64,000 nucleotides of DNA from Paraspadella gotoi (GCA_051294375.1 CM119269.1:21908815-21972814), one strand, 5' to 3'. Positions 38,497 to 53,787 are shown, counted from the stretch's first letter. The notes: a model not told the origin generated them from the letters alone. Numbers and translations are program-made.

Positions 38497-38965
38497 ACTT
38501 GCATAATTTGGTCACCTTGCATAATTTAGTCAATTGACATAATTTGGTCAACTGACATAAATTGGTCAACTGATATAATTTAATCAACTTTAAAATTTGG
38601 TAAACTTTCATAATTTGGTAATTTTTTTAAAATTTAGTTAACTTGCTTAATTTGGTTAACCTTCATAATTGGCTAAACTTTTATAATTTGGTAAACTTTA
38701 ATAATTTGGTAAACTTTCATAATTTGGTAAACTTTCATATTTGGTAAACTTTCATAATTTAATCAATTTGCATAATTAAATCAACTCGCATAATTTGGTC
38801 AATTTCATAGAATTGTCAATTGGCATAAAATTGTCAACTGGTATAAATTGGTTAATTTGCTTAATTTAGTCAACAGTCATAATTTTGTCAACTTGCATAA
38901 TTTGGTCAACTTAGATAATTTGGACAACTTGGATAATTTGGTCAAATTAATTAATTTGGTCAACA
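38497..38965 (-). repeat. 18-bp minisatellite (same family as 1980-2640); duplicate at 46770-47240
   Basis: CTTGCATAATTTGGTCAA units. Confidence 0.85.
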
Positions 38966-39833
38966 ATCAACTTAACAATTAACTAATTAATAATTTTATC
39001 CGATAGAAATAAAAAAGAAGAGAGAAAAAGAGTGCAAAAAATTTTTTTAATAATGTTCAAGTAAAAGTAACTTTTGTTTTTTCATTAAAACTCACTTTTA
39101 TTTTTTCTACCTACACACAAAATTTTATCTTAATAATTTTATAGAATAAAGAGTAGGATGGTTTTATTTTTTAATTCACTTATAAAAAATAATTAATTAA
39201 AAAATATTTAATTGATTAATTAATTAATATCAGTCTTTAAGTCCATCCCATATTAGCATTAAACTCCAATTATTCGTGATTAAATAGATGGAATAAAATT
39301 TTGTGTGTGGGTAGAAAAGTATGTGATTGAGCTAGATATAAAGTTTTGCTCACTCTCTCTCTCAAATCGTCAGCCTCTACTTAACAACGTGAGTTCATCT
39401 TAAGCAATCTACAAACTGACGATTATTAATTACAAATCTTAAATAAAATAAAATTTATTTTACGATGTAGAACTCGTTTAATGTTGATGAATATGTTTTT
39501 ATTGTTTTTTTTGGGGGACTCCATAATTCACTAAATAGGTCTGTCAGTCACTGCCCATTATTTGTTTGGTGATTTATTTAATTTCTTTTTAAACATCAAA
39601 TTATGAATATTTTTAAAAAAATTATGTCTCTCTATCAGTCTATCAGTATGTCCATCTAACAAAAAAGAAAGAAAAAAAAATTAAAAAAAGAAAGATAAAA
39701 AAAGACAAAAAAAGGTGAGACTCGTAAGTTGATAGGAAGTGAAGATGATTGAGAGGTAAGTTTGACAACTAAAAATCTGATCGGACATTGCAACTAGTTA
39801 ACCCCCGCCTATAAGCATGACGCCTTCAGTCGT

Positions 39834-39995
39834 GACCCGGTGGCTCATTGAGTAAAGCCATCAGCTCATGACCACCAGGTACCGGGATCGATCCCCAATG
39901 GTTCCTACTCTGGGAGAAGCATGAGGACGGCCTTAAACCGCCTTGGGGGCGTTGAAAACCCTCAAGACTCGTTCCAAGGCAGCAAAATGTTGGCG
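39834..39995 (+). mobile_element. tRNA-derived SINE-like head; duplicate at ~48106-48270
   Basis: A-box-like TGGCTCATTGAG (39841) and B-box-like GGGATCGATCCC (~39884) at tRNA spacing; the cloverleaf is not intact. Confidence 0.6.
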
Positions 39996-40000
39996 AAAGA

Positions 40001-40345
40001 AGTTTCGGATATCACTCTTCAGTCTTCTTACTTTCGGATATCACTCTTCAGTCTTCTTAGTTTCGGATATCACTCTTCAGTCTTCTTACTTTCGGATATC
40101 ACTCTTCAGTCTTCTTAGTTTCGGATATCACTCTTCAGTCTTCTTAGTTTCGGATATCACTCTTCAGTCTTCTTAGTTTCGGATATCACTCTTCAGTCTT
40201 TTTAGTTTCGGATATCACTCTTCAGTCTTCTTAGTTTTGGATATCACTCTTCAGTCTTCTTAGTTTCGGATATCACTCTTCAGTCTTCTTAGTTTCAGAT
40301 ATCACTCTTCAGTCTTCTTAGTTTCGGATATCACTCTTCAGTCTA
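40001..40345 (+). repeat. 29-bp minisatellite, 12 copies (AGTTTCGGATATCACTCTTCAGTCTTCTT); ~11 copies in the duplicate at 48273-48588
   Basis: Units start at 40001, 40030 ... 40320. Confidence 0.95.
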
Positions 40346-41182
40346 CTAAGCGTCTTATCCTCGAAGAGAGAGATAAGTTAGGCTGGTAAGTAAATAGAGA
40401 AGAATAGAGACAGAGAGATGAATAAATAGAAGTCAGAGTCAGGCGGAGAGAGAGTGGCAGGATCAGCAGCTTCAATTTGTAATAGAAGATGTCGCTTCAG
40501 TCGATGTGTCGGCTCAGCTGTGTCCCTCCAATTTCCCAGGTCTTTGTTGGCCCGAGTCGAGTCGATGCCTAACCTCTCTGGAATTGGGCGGAGGGGTCTT
40601 GATTGATTGATTGATTGATTTGCCGTTCTCCCCTATTGTGCTGATTAATTAATTCGCGCTGAATGACGATGCTTTTTTTTTTGTTTGGATGCAAAAAAAT
40701 AATTTTTGTCGTTTGTTTGTCTCATGTTATGAAATTGTTACAACCAATATAAAAATTACCCATTCATTAAATAAATAAGCTATCTTGTCCCTGACTTTGG
40801 ACAGGCTTTGGTGGTTTAAGGCCTCCATCACTCTTACAAGATAATGACATAACAGGTCCCTGCAAGCTTTCAATTAAGACTCTCTCACAGTCTGGTTTAT
40901 TCACTCCCATGTTTTTGAATGTTTTTGAATCAGAATTTCAAAATTTACTAGTCGTTGATCTATATTAACTTTATTTGTACGAATTACATGGAATGATAAT
41001 TCGAAAATTAATACTGTTCTTATATTAATCTTCACGCTAAATTTGTCAATATTCACAGATAACTACGTTTATATTCTAACGTGTAAAAAGTTAAGAGTAA
41101 TTCAACAAAGCGACTATTTCTTCTTTTTTTTTTTCTTTCTCATTTACTTAATATTCTTCTTTCTATTTTGCGGCTTCTGCCG

Positions 41183-41196
41183 GTTGCCATGGTAAC
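41183..41196. promoter_or_regulatory. RFX X-box motif; duplicate at 49426-49439
   Basis: GTTGCCATGGTAAC fits the consensus GTNRCC-N0-3-RGYAAC; no target gene identified. Confidence 0.4.
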
Positions 41197-41275
41197 GACG
41201 CCGCGAAAAAGAATAACAGCTGACCATTTCATGGCAAAGAATCATGGACTAATGCGTCCCTTGCCCTCGTTCGGA

Positions 41276-41381
<106 letters not shown>

Positions 41382-44300
41382 CAAAAAAAGAAATGAGTCT
41401 GAGCGTCTGTAGCGAAGGCAATGAAGACGCCAACGTGATGGACGGAAAGAGAGGGGAAAAAAAAGGGAGAAAATAAAAGGAAAAGAAAAAATATAGGGAA
41501 GAAAATATAAAAGAAAAAAAGATAAAAAAAGAAAAAGAAGAAAATAAAAAAATAAATGAAATAAGAGAAAGAAAAAGAAAAAAGAAAATTAAAAATAGCA
41601 TAGGAAAGTAAAAAAGAAAAAAATAAAAGAAAAGAGGGAAAAAGGAAATAAAAATAATTTTAAAAAAAGTAAAAAGAAAGAAAATAAAAAAAACATATTT
41701 AACCCTCCGCCCCGCCCCCCACATTTTCTCTCGATTTTCTTGTTTTGTTTTGATTTCGTCATTAACTCAGATGAAACTAAGGAATAAAGACATAAAAACA
41801 TTTTCATTTTGTTATATCGTTAAATTTCTTTGTCGTTTCTCCCCGGATGTGAATGGATTTCTTTGTCATTTCTCCCCGGATGTGAATGGATTTTGAAAGG
41901 AGAAATGTCTTTCTTTCATCATCGAAGTCGGGCGTTCACGGCCACACAGTATCACAGGCTCTCATAGCTTCTCACAATCTCTCACAGCCTCAAACAGCCT
42001 CTCACAGATTTTCACAGCTTCTTACAGCGGCTCACAACCTCTCACAGCCTGTTACAGCCACTCACTGCCTCTCACAATCTCTCACATTCTCTCACGGATT
42101 TTCACTGCCTTTCAAAAGCCTCTCACAACTTCTCACAACATCTCACAGCCTCTCACAGCCTCTCACATCTTCACACTCACGCGGTCATGAGAGAGGAGAC
42201 TTTCCGGACGATGACGAGTGAGTCTCGGGTTAATGTCATGTCGACTCTTTAAGATGGTTTAACGGTCGGTCGGTCTGTTTTGAGAGATTTAATAATAAAA
42301 CATAACATTAAGTATGTACATAATCTGATTTTTTTTTGGGGGGGGTGGACAGAAAAAGTTTAAAATCTGACGAATGAAAAGATCTCGCAATTGTTAAATA
42401 TTACTAATTATATAGGAAAATAGAGCAGAGTTTATGAATTATTTGTTTATAAAAATTTAACTAGATGTCCCTGAAAAAGTTTTGTGAATATTTGGGCACA
42501 ACAAAAGAACATCGAAAATTTTTTTAAGAGATATAAGCCTCCACTAATAAAGTGTTTCCTTTTTATACCAAAATCGGCGGCCCCACCGAAATGAAGAATC
42601 TCCCCATTTAATCCGCCTCAAATTGCGCCAATTTGGATGCAGAGAATGGCAGAGAGTGGCAGAGAGTGGCAGAGAGTGGCAAAGAGTGGCATAGAGTGGC
42701 AGAGAGAGTGGTTGGGGGAGTGGCAGAATGGGTTGAAGGGAACAGTGTCAGGATAAAAGCGAAAGAGTGGTAGAAAGGTGGCTGCTACGAGGTGTTAAGA
42801 GAAGAATTATAATTGGAAATTATGGAAGGAAAGAAAAGAAAGATGGGAGAAGAGAAGAGAAGAGGAAAAAAGAAAAGAAAAGAAAAGAGAAGACAGAAGT
42901 GTTAAAAGACAAACTATAATTGAAAAAATAAAGGAAGGAAAATCAAAAAAAAAGAAAAAAAAAGAAAAGAGAATCTACAAAGTCTCCATTGATGGCCACA
43001 TTGCAGATTGTTTTTTGGGCAAATGACTTTTTTTCTGTCAGTTTAAGAATTCTAGAGAAAAACTTGTTCGGACATTAATGTTATTGCGTCGTGGGCTGAA
43101 CAACGAAGTGGGACTCAGCAAAGGCGTCGGTAATGTTGTGCGAAATTGAATAGTGATTATCATCGATCACAGATTAATTAATTAGTTATTGTATACTTCA
43201 TTTTTTCTGAATTTAATATAACTTAATTAGCTTAACTTTAATTAAACTTTACATTTATTTTACCTTAACTTTAATATACCTTTAATATAACTTTAATATA
43301 ACTTTAACTTAACTTTAGCTTCACTTAAACTTAAACTTAAACTTAAACTTAAACTTAAACTTAAACTTAAACTTAAACTTAAACTTAACTTTAACTTAAC
43401 TTTATCTTAATTTAATTTAACTTTAACTTTAAAATTAGTAAAAAGTATCAGCTGCTAAAGTATCTACTGTTAACCATTCTCCCCCTTGCGTTGCTCCTTT
43501 GTTCCGGCGTCAAAAAAGCGACGTGAGACTCGCGATCCCATCTGGTGAGTAAATCAAGAGTTAAATGAAAGAGACTTCGATGAGAAACTGGGTGAGTTTG
43601 TCGACGTTTGGTGGACGACGACGACGACGACGACGACGACGATGAAGAAGACTATGACGACGACGACGATGAAGACGATGACGCAGGTGCTCATTGTCAA
43701 ATTATCGTCTTAACTTGAGCCTTAATATGGAGGACGAATACTTATAAAATTGGAACAACAATTAATAAAATTATCCATTCATTCATTTTAATTTTACCTA
43801 ATATAATTATTCAGTAAAAAAGTGAGTGAGGTTTTTTTTTAAAGTTTTGTAATTATTTATTTCTTAAACTTTAGTAATATTTATACTTTAAAGTTCACTA
43901 AAATTAAATTTATAATTAATGGTGAGTTTCTTTTTTTCATTTTTAGCAGTTCGGTAGTACTTAAACATATTTCTGTACATACACTTGTATAAATCTAACG
44001 ATCTTAAATCCGCTCATGTTTTGACGAGGATCTTATGAGGTTTTATTTCAGCAGAAAATCACGAAAACTGATTCTCAATAATTTACGATTTGTGAAACAA
44101 AAATGTTTTTTTTACGATTCGTTTTTTTCTTTCTGTTTTTTTTTGTTCCTTTACCTTAAATTTGATTTTAACTATCTATGCTATTATCAAACTTATACGC
44201 TACCAATAACCTTAATCCCTAACCTAATCCTTAACCCTGACTTAATCCCTAACATAATCCTTAAACCCTGACCTCTAACCTTAATCCCTAACCTAATCCT

Positions 44301-45010
44301 TAACCCTGACCTTAGCCTTAATCCCTAACCTAATCATTAACGCCTGAACCTAATCCCTAACCTAATCCTTAACTCCAGACCTCTAACCTTTAAACCCAAG
44401 AATTAACTCGATTTCCGAATTTAAAACGACATGGGGCGTTTTGGGAAAATAACGCTGAGTCTTTCCATACTGGCTGAAATTACTAAATACATAATTACAG
44501 ATATATATACGACNNNNNNNNNNNNNNNNNNNNNNNNNNNNNNNNNNNNNNNNNNNNNNNNNNNNNNNNNNNNNNNNNNNNNNNNNNNNNNNNNNNNNNN
44601 NNNNNNNNNNNNNNNNNNNNNNNNNNNNNNNNNNNNNNNNNNNNNNNNNNNNNNNNNNNNNNNNNNNNNNNNNNNNNNNNNNNNNNNNNNNNNNNNNNNN
44701 NNNNNNNNNNNNNNNNNNNNNNNNNNNNNNNNNNNNNNNNNNNNNNNNNNNNNNNNNNNNNNNNNNNNNNNNNNNNNNNNNNNNNNNNNNNNNNNNNNNN
44801 NNNNNNNNNNNNNNNNNNNNNNNNNNNNNNNNNGATGATCGGGATGACAATGACAGCGATGAATGTGATGTTGCTGAGAGAGATGAAGACAGGAATGACA
44901 GGAATGACAGTAATGACATGGTATCCACAAATTATCGAGACGTCCTTTTCACAGGAGAACTTTAAAATGAAAAACGACGAAAAAGACGACGACGAAAAAG
45001 ACGACGACGC

Positions 45011-45049
<39 letters not shown>

Positions 45050-45126
45050 AGACCCGAAGCAAAGACGACGAATTTCGATGGAACGAGATTGATTGATCGT
45101 CGTTGCTGGCGAAGCCTGGAATTCTC

Positions 45127-45242
<116 letters not shown>

Positions 45243-45303
45243 CAAACATCTTTGTCCATCTCATCACCTTATCTTCGGATCGCGTTGACTTCTCTTCCTT
45301 CTT

Positions 45304-45390
<87 letters not shown>

Positions 45391-45710
45391 CTTTTTCGAC
45401 CTGTCACTGTTATTTGTCCTTTTCTTAGGCCATCAAAACTATGGAGCAAATTCTTTTTTTTCCTTCAGTTTTCTTGTCCTTTTTTTTGTCCTTATCTTTT
45501 GTCTAACTTTTCTTGTCCTTGTATTTCCTTTATCTGCTATAAATAGTTTTTATCAAAACTGAATTAGACTAAATTAATGTGTTATGTGAGATTATTGGAA
45601 ATAGAACTAATTAATTAATTAATTAAATTAATCGACGACGAACGACAATCGCTCACTAATGCGTCATGTCTCAACGCATTCTCCCTCTCTCTCTCTCTCT
45701 CTCTCTCCAA

Positions 45711-48700
45711 CTACCCCGATCCCCATTTTCCCTATCCCCATGCCCAATTGCACAATGCCCAATTGCGATTTGCACAATGCTCAATGTACTACTGCATTGG
45801 CAACCAACACGGCCATTGGCTAAAATTTAGGACTAATCGTCATGAGCGGAATTTCCCACAGTGTGACTCCCTGTTGCCCCACAGTCTAATTACCTAAGCC
45901 CACACTCAGTCTGACTCCCTATCGCCCACAGTATAACACATTGCCCTTCGAACAACCATTTAACTCCCACGTCTCAAAATCAAACACTCCCGCCCCCAGG
46001 ACATCAAAAGAGGACATTGACCCCTGGTGGTGACAGAAAGTCGACCCTTTGTCCAACTCAAATATCCAAAAACGGCAAAAAAGAGAGAGAAATCAGTTGA
46101 GATGAAGAGACCCCGTTGTTTAATGTTTTAATGTTTATTGTTTAATGTTTAATGTTTTTGTCAGTTGGGAGAGAGGAAGTTAGGTAAGGATCGGAAGTTG
46201 GAATTAATGAGACAGAGTTGAGACAGAGAGGTAGAGAGGTAAGGTCAGGAGTGTAGCGAATAGATAGGTGAAAGTAAGTTACCCTAAGTGTCGGAGGATA
46301 GTTAAGATAAGTTCGGCGGTGAGAGAGGAATGCTAGGGTGAGAGAAAGGCAAGTATGTCATCCTTCAAGATCGCTTCCCCCGGGGGGGTGCTGGGGGCGG
46401 CCCCCGCGGGGTGGCTTCCGCGGGGCGGCCCCGAGGGGCAGGCAAAACCTTACCGCCTAGGGGCGGCCCCCCTGTAGCCTCTTTTTTTTGGAGCCCCAAG
46501 GGGCCACTCCAGGGGGAATCCCCCAGGGGCTAGAAAAACCTTGCCCCCTGGGGGCTACCCCCAGGGGGTTGGATTTTCCCTGCCCCCTGGAACGGCTCTC
46601 TCTCCCTCCTCTCTCTCTCCCTCTACTCTCTCTTTCTCTCTCCTCTCCTCTCTCTCTCTTTCTCTATCTATTTTCTATTTTCATCTTTCATTACAATAAA
46701 ATATAAAAATAAAATTAATATTTTTCACTTCAATTAATCAATCAATGAACCAATAGCTGCACCAATACCAACTTGCATAATTGGTCACTTGCATAATTTA
46801 GTCAATTGACATAATTTGGTCAACTGACATAAATTTGGTCAACTGATATAATTTAATCAAACTTTTAAAATTTGGTAAACTTTCATAATTTGGTAATTTT
46901 TTTAAAAATTTAGTTAACTTGCTTAATTTGGTTAACCTTCATAATTGGCTAAACTTTTATAATTGGTAACTTTAATAATTTGGTAACTTTCATAATTTGG
47001 TAACTTTCATATTTGGTAAACTTTCATAATTTAATCAATTTGCATAATTAAATCAACTCGCATAATTTTGGTCAATTCATAGAATTGTCAATTGGCATAA
47101 ATTGGTCAAACTGGTATAAATTGGTTAATTTGCTTAATTTAGTCAACAGTCATAATTTTGTCAACTTGCATAATTTGGTCAACTTAGATAATTTGGACAA
47201 CTTGGAATTAATTTGGTCAAATTAATTAATTTGGTCAACAATCAACTTAACAATTAACTAATTAATAATTTTATCCGATAGAAATAAAAAAGAAGAGAGA
47301 AAAAGAGTGCAAAAAATTTTTTAATAATGTTCAAGTAAAAGTAACTTTTGTTTTTCATTAAAACTCACTTTTATTTTTCTACCTACACACAAAATTTTAT
47401 CTTAATAATTTTATAGAATAAAGAGTAGGATGGTTTTAATTTTTAATTCACTTATAAAAATAATTAATTAAAAAATATTTAATTGATTAATTAATTAATA
47501 TCAGTCTTTAAGTCCATCCCTATTAGCATTAAACTCCAATTATTCGTGATTAAATAGATGGAATAAAATTTGTGTGTGGGTAGAAAAGTATGTGATTGAG
47601 CTAGATATAAAGTTTTTGCTCACTCTCTCTCTCAAATCGTCAGCCTCTACTTAACAACGTGAGTTCATCTTAAGCAATCTACAAACTGACGATTATTAAT
47701 TACAAATCTTAATAAAATAAAATTTATTTTACGATGTAGAACTCGTTTAATGTTGATGAATAGTTTTTATTGTTTTTTTTGGGGGGACTCCATAATTCAC
47801 TAAATAGGTCTGTCAGTCACTGCCCATTATTTGTTTTGGTGATTTATTTAATTTCTTTTTTAAACATCAAATTATGAATATTTTTAAAAAAATTATGTCT
47901 CTCTATCAGTCTATCAGTATGTCCATCTAACAAAAAAGAAAGAAAAAAAAATTAAAAAAAGAAAGATAAAAAAAGACAAAAAAAAGGTGAGACTCGTAAG
48001 TTGATAGGAAGTGAAGATGATTGAGAGGTAAGTTTGACAACTAAAAATCTGATCGGACATTGCAACTTGTTAACCCCCGCCTATAAGCATGACGCCTTCA
48101 GTCGTGACCCGGTGGCTCATTGAGTAAAGCCATCAGCTCATGACCACCAGGTACCGGGATCGATCCCCAATGGTTCCTACTCTGGAGAAGCATGAGGACG
48201 GCCTTAAACCGGCCTTGGGGGCGTTGAAAACCCTCAAGACTCGTTCCAAGGCAGCAAAATGTTGGCGAAAGAAGTTTCGGATATCACTCTTCATCTTCTT
48301 ACTTTCGGATATCACTCTTCAGTCTTCTTAGTTTCGGATATCACTCTTCAGTCTTCTTACTTTCGGATATCACTCTTCAGTCTTCTTAGTTTCGGATATC
48401 ACTCTTCAGTCTTCTTAGTTTCGGATATCACTCTTCAGTCTTCTTAGTTTCGGATATCACTCTTCAGTCTTCTTCAGTTTTTGGATATCACTCTTCAGTC
48501 TTCTTAGTTTCGGATATCACTCTTCAGTCTTCTTAGTTTCAGATATCACTCTTCAGTCTTCTTAGTTTCGGATATCACTCTTCAGTCTACTAAGCGTCTT
48601 ATCCTCGAAGAGAGAGATAAGTTAGGCTGGTAAGTAAATAGAGAAGAATAGAGACAGAGAGATGAATAAATAGAAGTCAGAGTCAGGCGGAGAGAGAGTG

Positions 48701-49518
48701 GCAGGATCAGCAGCTTCAATTTGTAATAGAAGATGTCGCTTCAGTCGATGTGTCGGCTCAGCTGTGTCCTCCAATTTCCCAGGTCTTTGTTGGCCCGAGT
48801 CGAGTCGATGCCTAACCTCTCTGGAATTGGGCGGAGGGTCTTGATTGATTGATTGATTGATTTGCCGTTCTCCCCTATTGTGCTGATTAATTAATTCGCG
48901 CTGAATGACGATGCTTTTTTTTTTTGTTTGGATGCAAAAAAATAATTTTTGTCGTTTGTTTGTCTCATGTTATGAAATTGTTACAACCAATATAAAAATT
49001 ACCCATTCATTAAATAAATAAGCTATCTTGTCCCTGACTTTGGACAGGCTTTGGTGGTTTAAGGCCTCCATCACTCTTACAAGATAATGACATAACAGGT
49101 CCCTGCAAGCTTTCAATTAAGACTCTCTCACAGTCTGGTTTATTCACTCCCATGTTTTTGAATGTTTTTGAATCAGAATTTCAAAATTTACTAGTCGTTG
49201 ATCTATATTAACTTTATTTGTACGAATTACATGGAATGATAATTCGAAAATTAATACTGTTCTTATATTAATCTTCACGCTAAATTTGTCAATATTCACA
49301 GATAACTACGTTTATATTCTAACGTGTAAAAAGTTAAGAGTAATTCAACAAAGCGACTATTTCTTCTTTTTTTTTTTCTTTCTCATTTACTTAATATTCT
49401 TCTTTCTATTTTGCGGCTTCTGCCGGTTGCCATGGTAACGACGCCGCGAAAAAGAATAACAGCTGACCATTTCATGGCAAAGAATCATGGACTAATGCGT
49501 CCCTTGCCCTCGTTCGGA

Positions 49519-49614
<96 letters not shown>

Positions 49615-51820
49615 AAAAAAAGAAATGAGTCTGAGCGTCTGTAGCGAAGGCAATGAAGACGCCAACGTGATGGACGGAAAGAGAGGGGAAAAAAAGGGAG
49701 AAAATAAAAGGAAAAGAAAAAATATAGGGAAGAAAATATAAAAGAAAAAAAGATAAAAAAAGAAAAAGAAGAAAATAAAAAAATAAATGAAATAAGAGAA
49801 AGAAAAAGAAAAAAGAAAATTAAAAATAGCATAGGAAAGTAAAAAAGAAAAAAATAAAAGAAAAGAGGGAAAAAGGAAATAAAAATAATTTTAAAAAAAG
49901 TAAAAAGAAAGAAAATAAAAAAAACATATTTAACCCTCCGCCCCGCCCCCCACATTTTCTCTCGATTTTCTTGTTTGTTTTTGATTTCGTCATTAACTCA
50001 GATGAAACTAAGGAATAAAGACATAAAAACATTTTCATTTTGTTATATCGTTAAATTTCTTTGTCGTTTCTCCCCGGATGTGAATGGATTTCTTTGTCAT
50101 TTCTCCCCGGATGTGAATGGATTTTGAAAGGAGAAATGTCTTTCTTTCATCATCGAAGTCGGGCGTTCACGGCCACACAGTATCACAGGCTCTCATAGCT
50201 TCTCACAATCTCTCACAGCCTCAAACAGCCTCTCACAGATTTTCACAGCTTCTTACAGCGGCTCACAACCTCTCACAGCCTGTTACAGCCACTCACTGCC
50301 TCTCACAATCTCTCACATCCTCTCACGGATTTTCACTGCCTTTCAAAAGCCTCTCACAACTTCTCACAACATCTCACAGCCTCTCACAGCCTCTCACATC
50401 TTCACACTCACGCGGTCATGAGAGAGGAGACTTTCCGGACGATGACGAGTGAGTCTCGGGTTAATGTCATGTCGACTCTTTAAGATGGTTTAACGGTCGG
50501 TCGGTCTGTTTTGAGAGATTTAATAATAAAACATAACATTAAGTATGACATAATCTGATTTTTTGGGGGGGGTGGACAGAAAAAGTTTAAACTCTGACGA
50601 ATGAAAAGATCTCGCAATTGTTAAATATTACTAATTATATAGAAAATAGAGCAGAGTTTATGAATTATTTGTTTATAAAAATTTAACTAGATGTCCCTGA
50701 AAAAGTTTTGTGAATATTTGGGCACAACAAAAGAACATCGAAAATTTTTTAAGAGATATAAGCCTCCACTAATAAAGTGTTTCCTTTTTATATCAAAATC
50801 GGCGGCCCCACCGAAATGAAGAATCTCCCCATTTAATCCGCCTCAAATTGCGCCAATTTGGATGCAGAGAATGGCAGAGAGTGGCAAAGAGTGGCAGAGA
50901 GTGGCAGAGAGAGTGGTTGGGGAGTGGCAGAATGGGTTGAAGGGAACAGTGTCAGGATAAAAGCGAAAGAGTGGCTGCTACGAGATGTTAAGAGAAGAAT
51001 TATAATTGGAAATTATGGAAGGAAAGAAAAGAAAGATGGGAGAAGAGAAGAGAAGAGGAAAAAAGAAAAGAAAAGAAAAGAGAAGACAGAAGTGTTAAAA
51101 GACAAACTATAATTGAAAAAATAAAGGAAGGAAAATCAAAAAAAAGAAAAAAAAAGAAAGAGAATCTACAAAGTCTCCATTGATGGCCACATTGCAGATT
51201 ATTTTTTGGGCAAATGACTTTTTTTCTGTCAGTTTAAGAATTCTAGAGAAAAACTTGTTCGGACATTAATGTTATTGCGTCGTGGGCTGAACAACGAAGT
51301 GGGACTCAGCAAAGGCGTCGGTAATGTTGTGCGAAATTGAATAGTGATTATCATCGATCACAGATTAATTAATTAGTTATTGTATACTTCATTTTTTCTG
51401 AATTTAATATAACTTAATTAGCTTAACTTTAATTAAACTTTACATTTATTTTACCTTAACTTTAATATACCTTTAATATAACTTTAATATAACTTAACTT
51501 TAGCTTAACTTAAACTTAAACTTAAACTTAAACTTAAACTTAAACTTAAACTTAAACTTAAACTTAAACTTAAACTTAAACTTAACTTAACTTAACTTTA
51601 ACTTAACTTTATCTTAATTTAATTTAACTTTAACTTTAAAATTAGTAAAAAGTATCAGCTGCTAAAGTATCTACTGTTAACCATTCTCCCCCTTGCGTTG
51701 CTCCTTTGTTCCGGCGTCAAAAAAGCGACGTGAGACTCGCGATCCCATCTGGTGAGTAAATCAAGAGTTAAATGAAAGAGACTTCGATGAGAAACTGGGT
51801 GAGTTTGTCGACGTTTGGTG

Positions 51821-51852
<32 letters not shown>

Positions 51853-53104
51853 TGAAGAAGACTATGACGACGACGACGATGAAGACGATGACGCAGGTGC
51901 TCATTGTCAAATTATCGTCTTAACTTGAGCCTTAATATGGAGGACGAATACTTATAAAATTGGAACAACAATTAATAAAATTATCCATTCATTCATTTTA
52001 ATTTTACCTAATATAATTATTCAGTAAAAAAGTGAGTGAGGTTTTTTTTTAAAGTTTTGTAATTATTTATTTCTTAAACTTTAGTAATATTTATACTTTA
52101 AAGTTCACTAAAATTAAATTTATAATTAATGGTGAGTTTCTTTTTTTTCATTTTTAGCAGTTCGGTAGTACTTAAACATATTTCTGTACATACACTTGTA
52201 TAAATCTAACGATCTTAAATCCGCTCATGTTTTGACGAGGATCTTATGAGGTTTTATTTCAGCAGAAAATCACGAAAACTGATTCTCAATAATTTACGAT
52301 TTGTGAAACAAAAATGTTTTTTTTACGATTCGTTTTTTTCTTTCTGTTTTTTTTTGTTCCTTTACCTTAAATTTGATATTAACTTATTAACTTAATCTAT
52401 GCTATTATCAAACTTATACGCTACCCACTAACCTTAATCCCTAACCTAATCCTTAACCCTGACCTTAATCCCTAACCTAATCTTTCCATACTGACCTGAA
52501 ATTACTAAATACATAATTACAGATATATATACGACGAAGGTGGTCAGGTGACCGTAAAAAAAGTGAGGTGACTCTGGGAGGGAAACAAAAGAGGGGATGA
52601 CTCGTCGACGTCGAGCGAAGAAAGAAGAGAAAAGATGAAGAGGAAAAAAGAGGAACGATGACAGCGATGAATGTGATGTTGCTGACAGAGATGATCGGGA
52701 TGACAATGACAGCGATGAATGTGATGTTGCTGACAGAGATGATCGGATGACAATGACAGCGATGAATGTGATGTTGATGACAGAGATGATCGGGATGACA
52801 ATGACAGCGATGAATGTGATGATGATGACAGAGATGATCGGGATGACAATGACAGCGATGAATGTGATGTTGCTGAGAGAGATGAAGACAGGAATGACAG
52901 GAATGACAGTAATGACATGGTATCCACAAATTATCGAGACGTCCTTTTCACAGGAGAACTTTAAAATGAAAAACGACGAAAAAGACGACGACGACGACGA
53001 CCGACGACGACGACGACGACGACGACGGAGACCGAAGCAAAGACGACGAATTTCGATGGAACGAGATTGATTGATCGTCGTTGCTGGCGAAGCCTGGAAT
53101 TCTC

Positions 53105-53197
<93 letters not shown>

Positions 53198-53267
53198 CTC
53201 TCGTCCAAACATCTTTGTCCATCTCATCACCTTATCTTCGGATCGCGTTGACTCTTCTTCTTTCCAC

Positions 53268-53360
<93 letters not shown>

Positions 53361-53647
53361 CTTTTTCGACCTGTCACTGTTATTTGTCCTTTTCTTAGGG
53401 CCATCAAACTATGGAGCAAATTCTTTTTTTTCCTTCAGTTTTCTTTGTCTTTTTTTGTCCTTATCTTTTGTCTAACTTTTCTTGTCCTTGTATTTCCTTT
53501 ATCTGCTATAAATAGTTTTTATCAAAACTGAATTAGACTAAATTAATGTGTTATGTGAGATTATTGAAATAGAATTAATTAATTATTTAATTAAATTAAT
53601 CGACGACGAACGACAATCGCTCACTAATGCGTCATGTCTCAACGCAT

Positions 53648-53687
<40 letters not shown>

Positions 53688-53709
53688 GTCTCTCTCTCTC
53701 TCTCTCCTC

Positions 53710-53787
<78 letters not shown>
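45711..53787 (+). repeat. ~8.2 kb tandem duplication, copy 2
   Basis: As above; differs by homopolymer indels, VNTR copy number and a few larger indels. Confidence 0.95.
52658..52880 (+). repeat. 48-bp minisatellite, ~4.5 copies
   Basis: GACAGCGATGAATGTGATGTTGCTGACAGAGATGATCGGGATGACAAT; occupies the position that is an N gap in copy 1. Confidence 0.85.

Noticed and set aside
40001-40345. CRISPR-like 29-bp repeats
   Set aside because: Head-to-tail repeats with no spacers.
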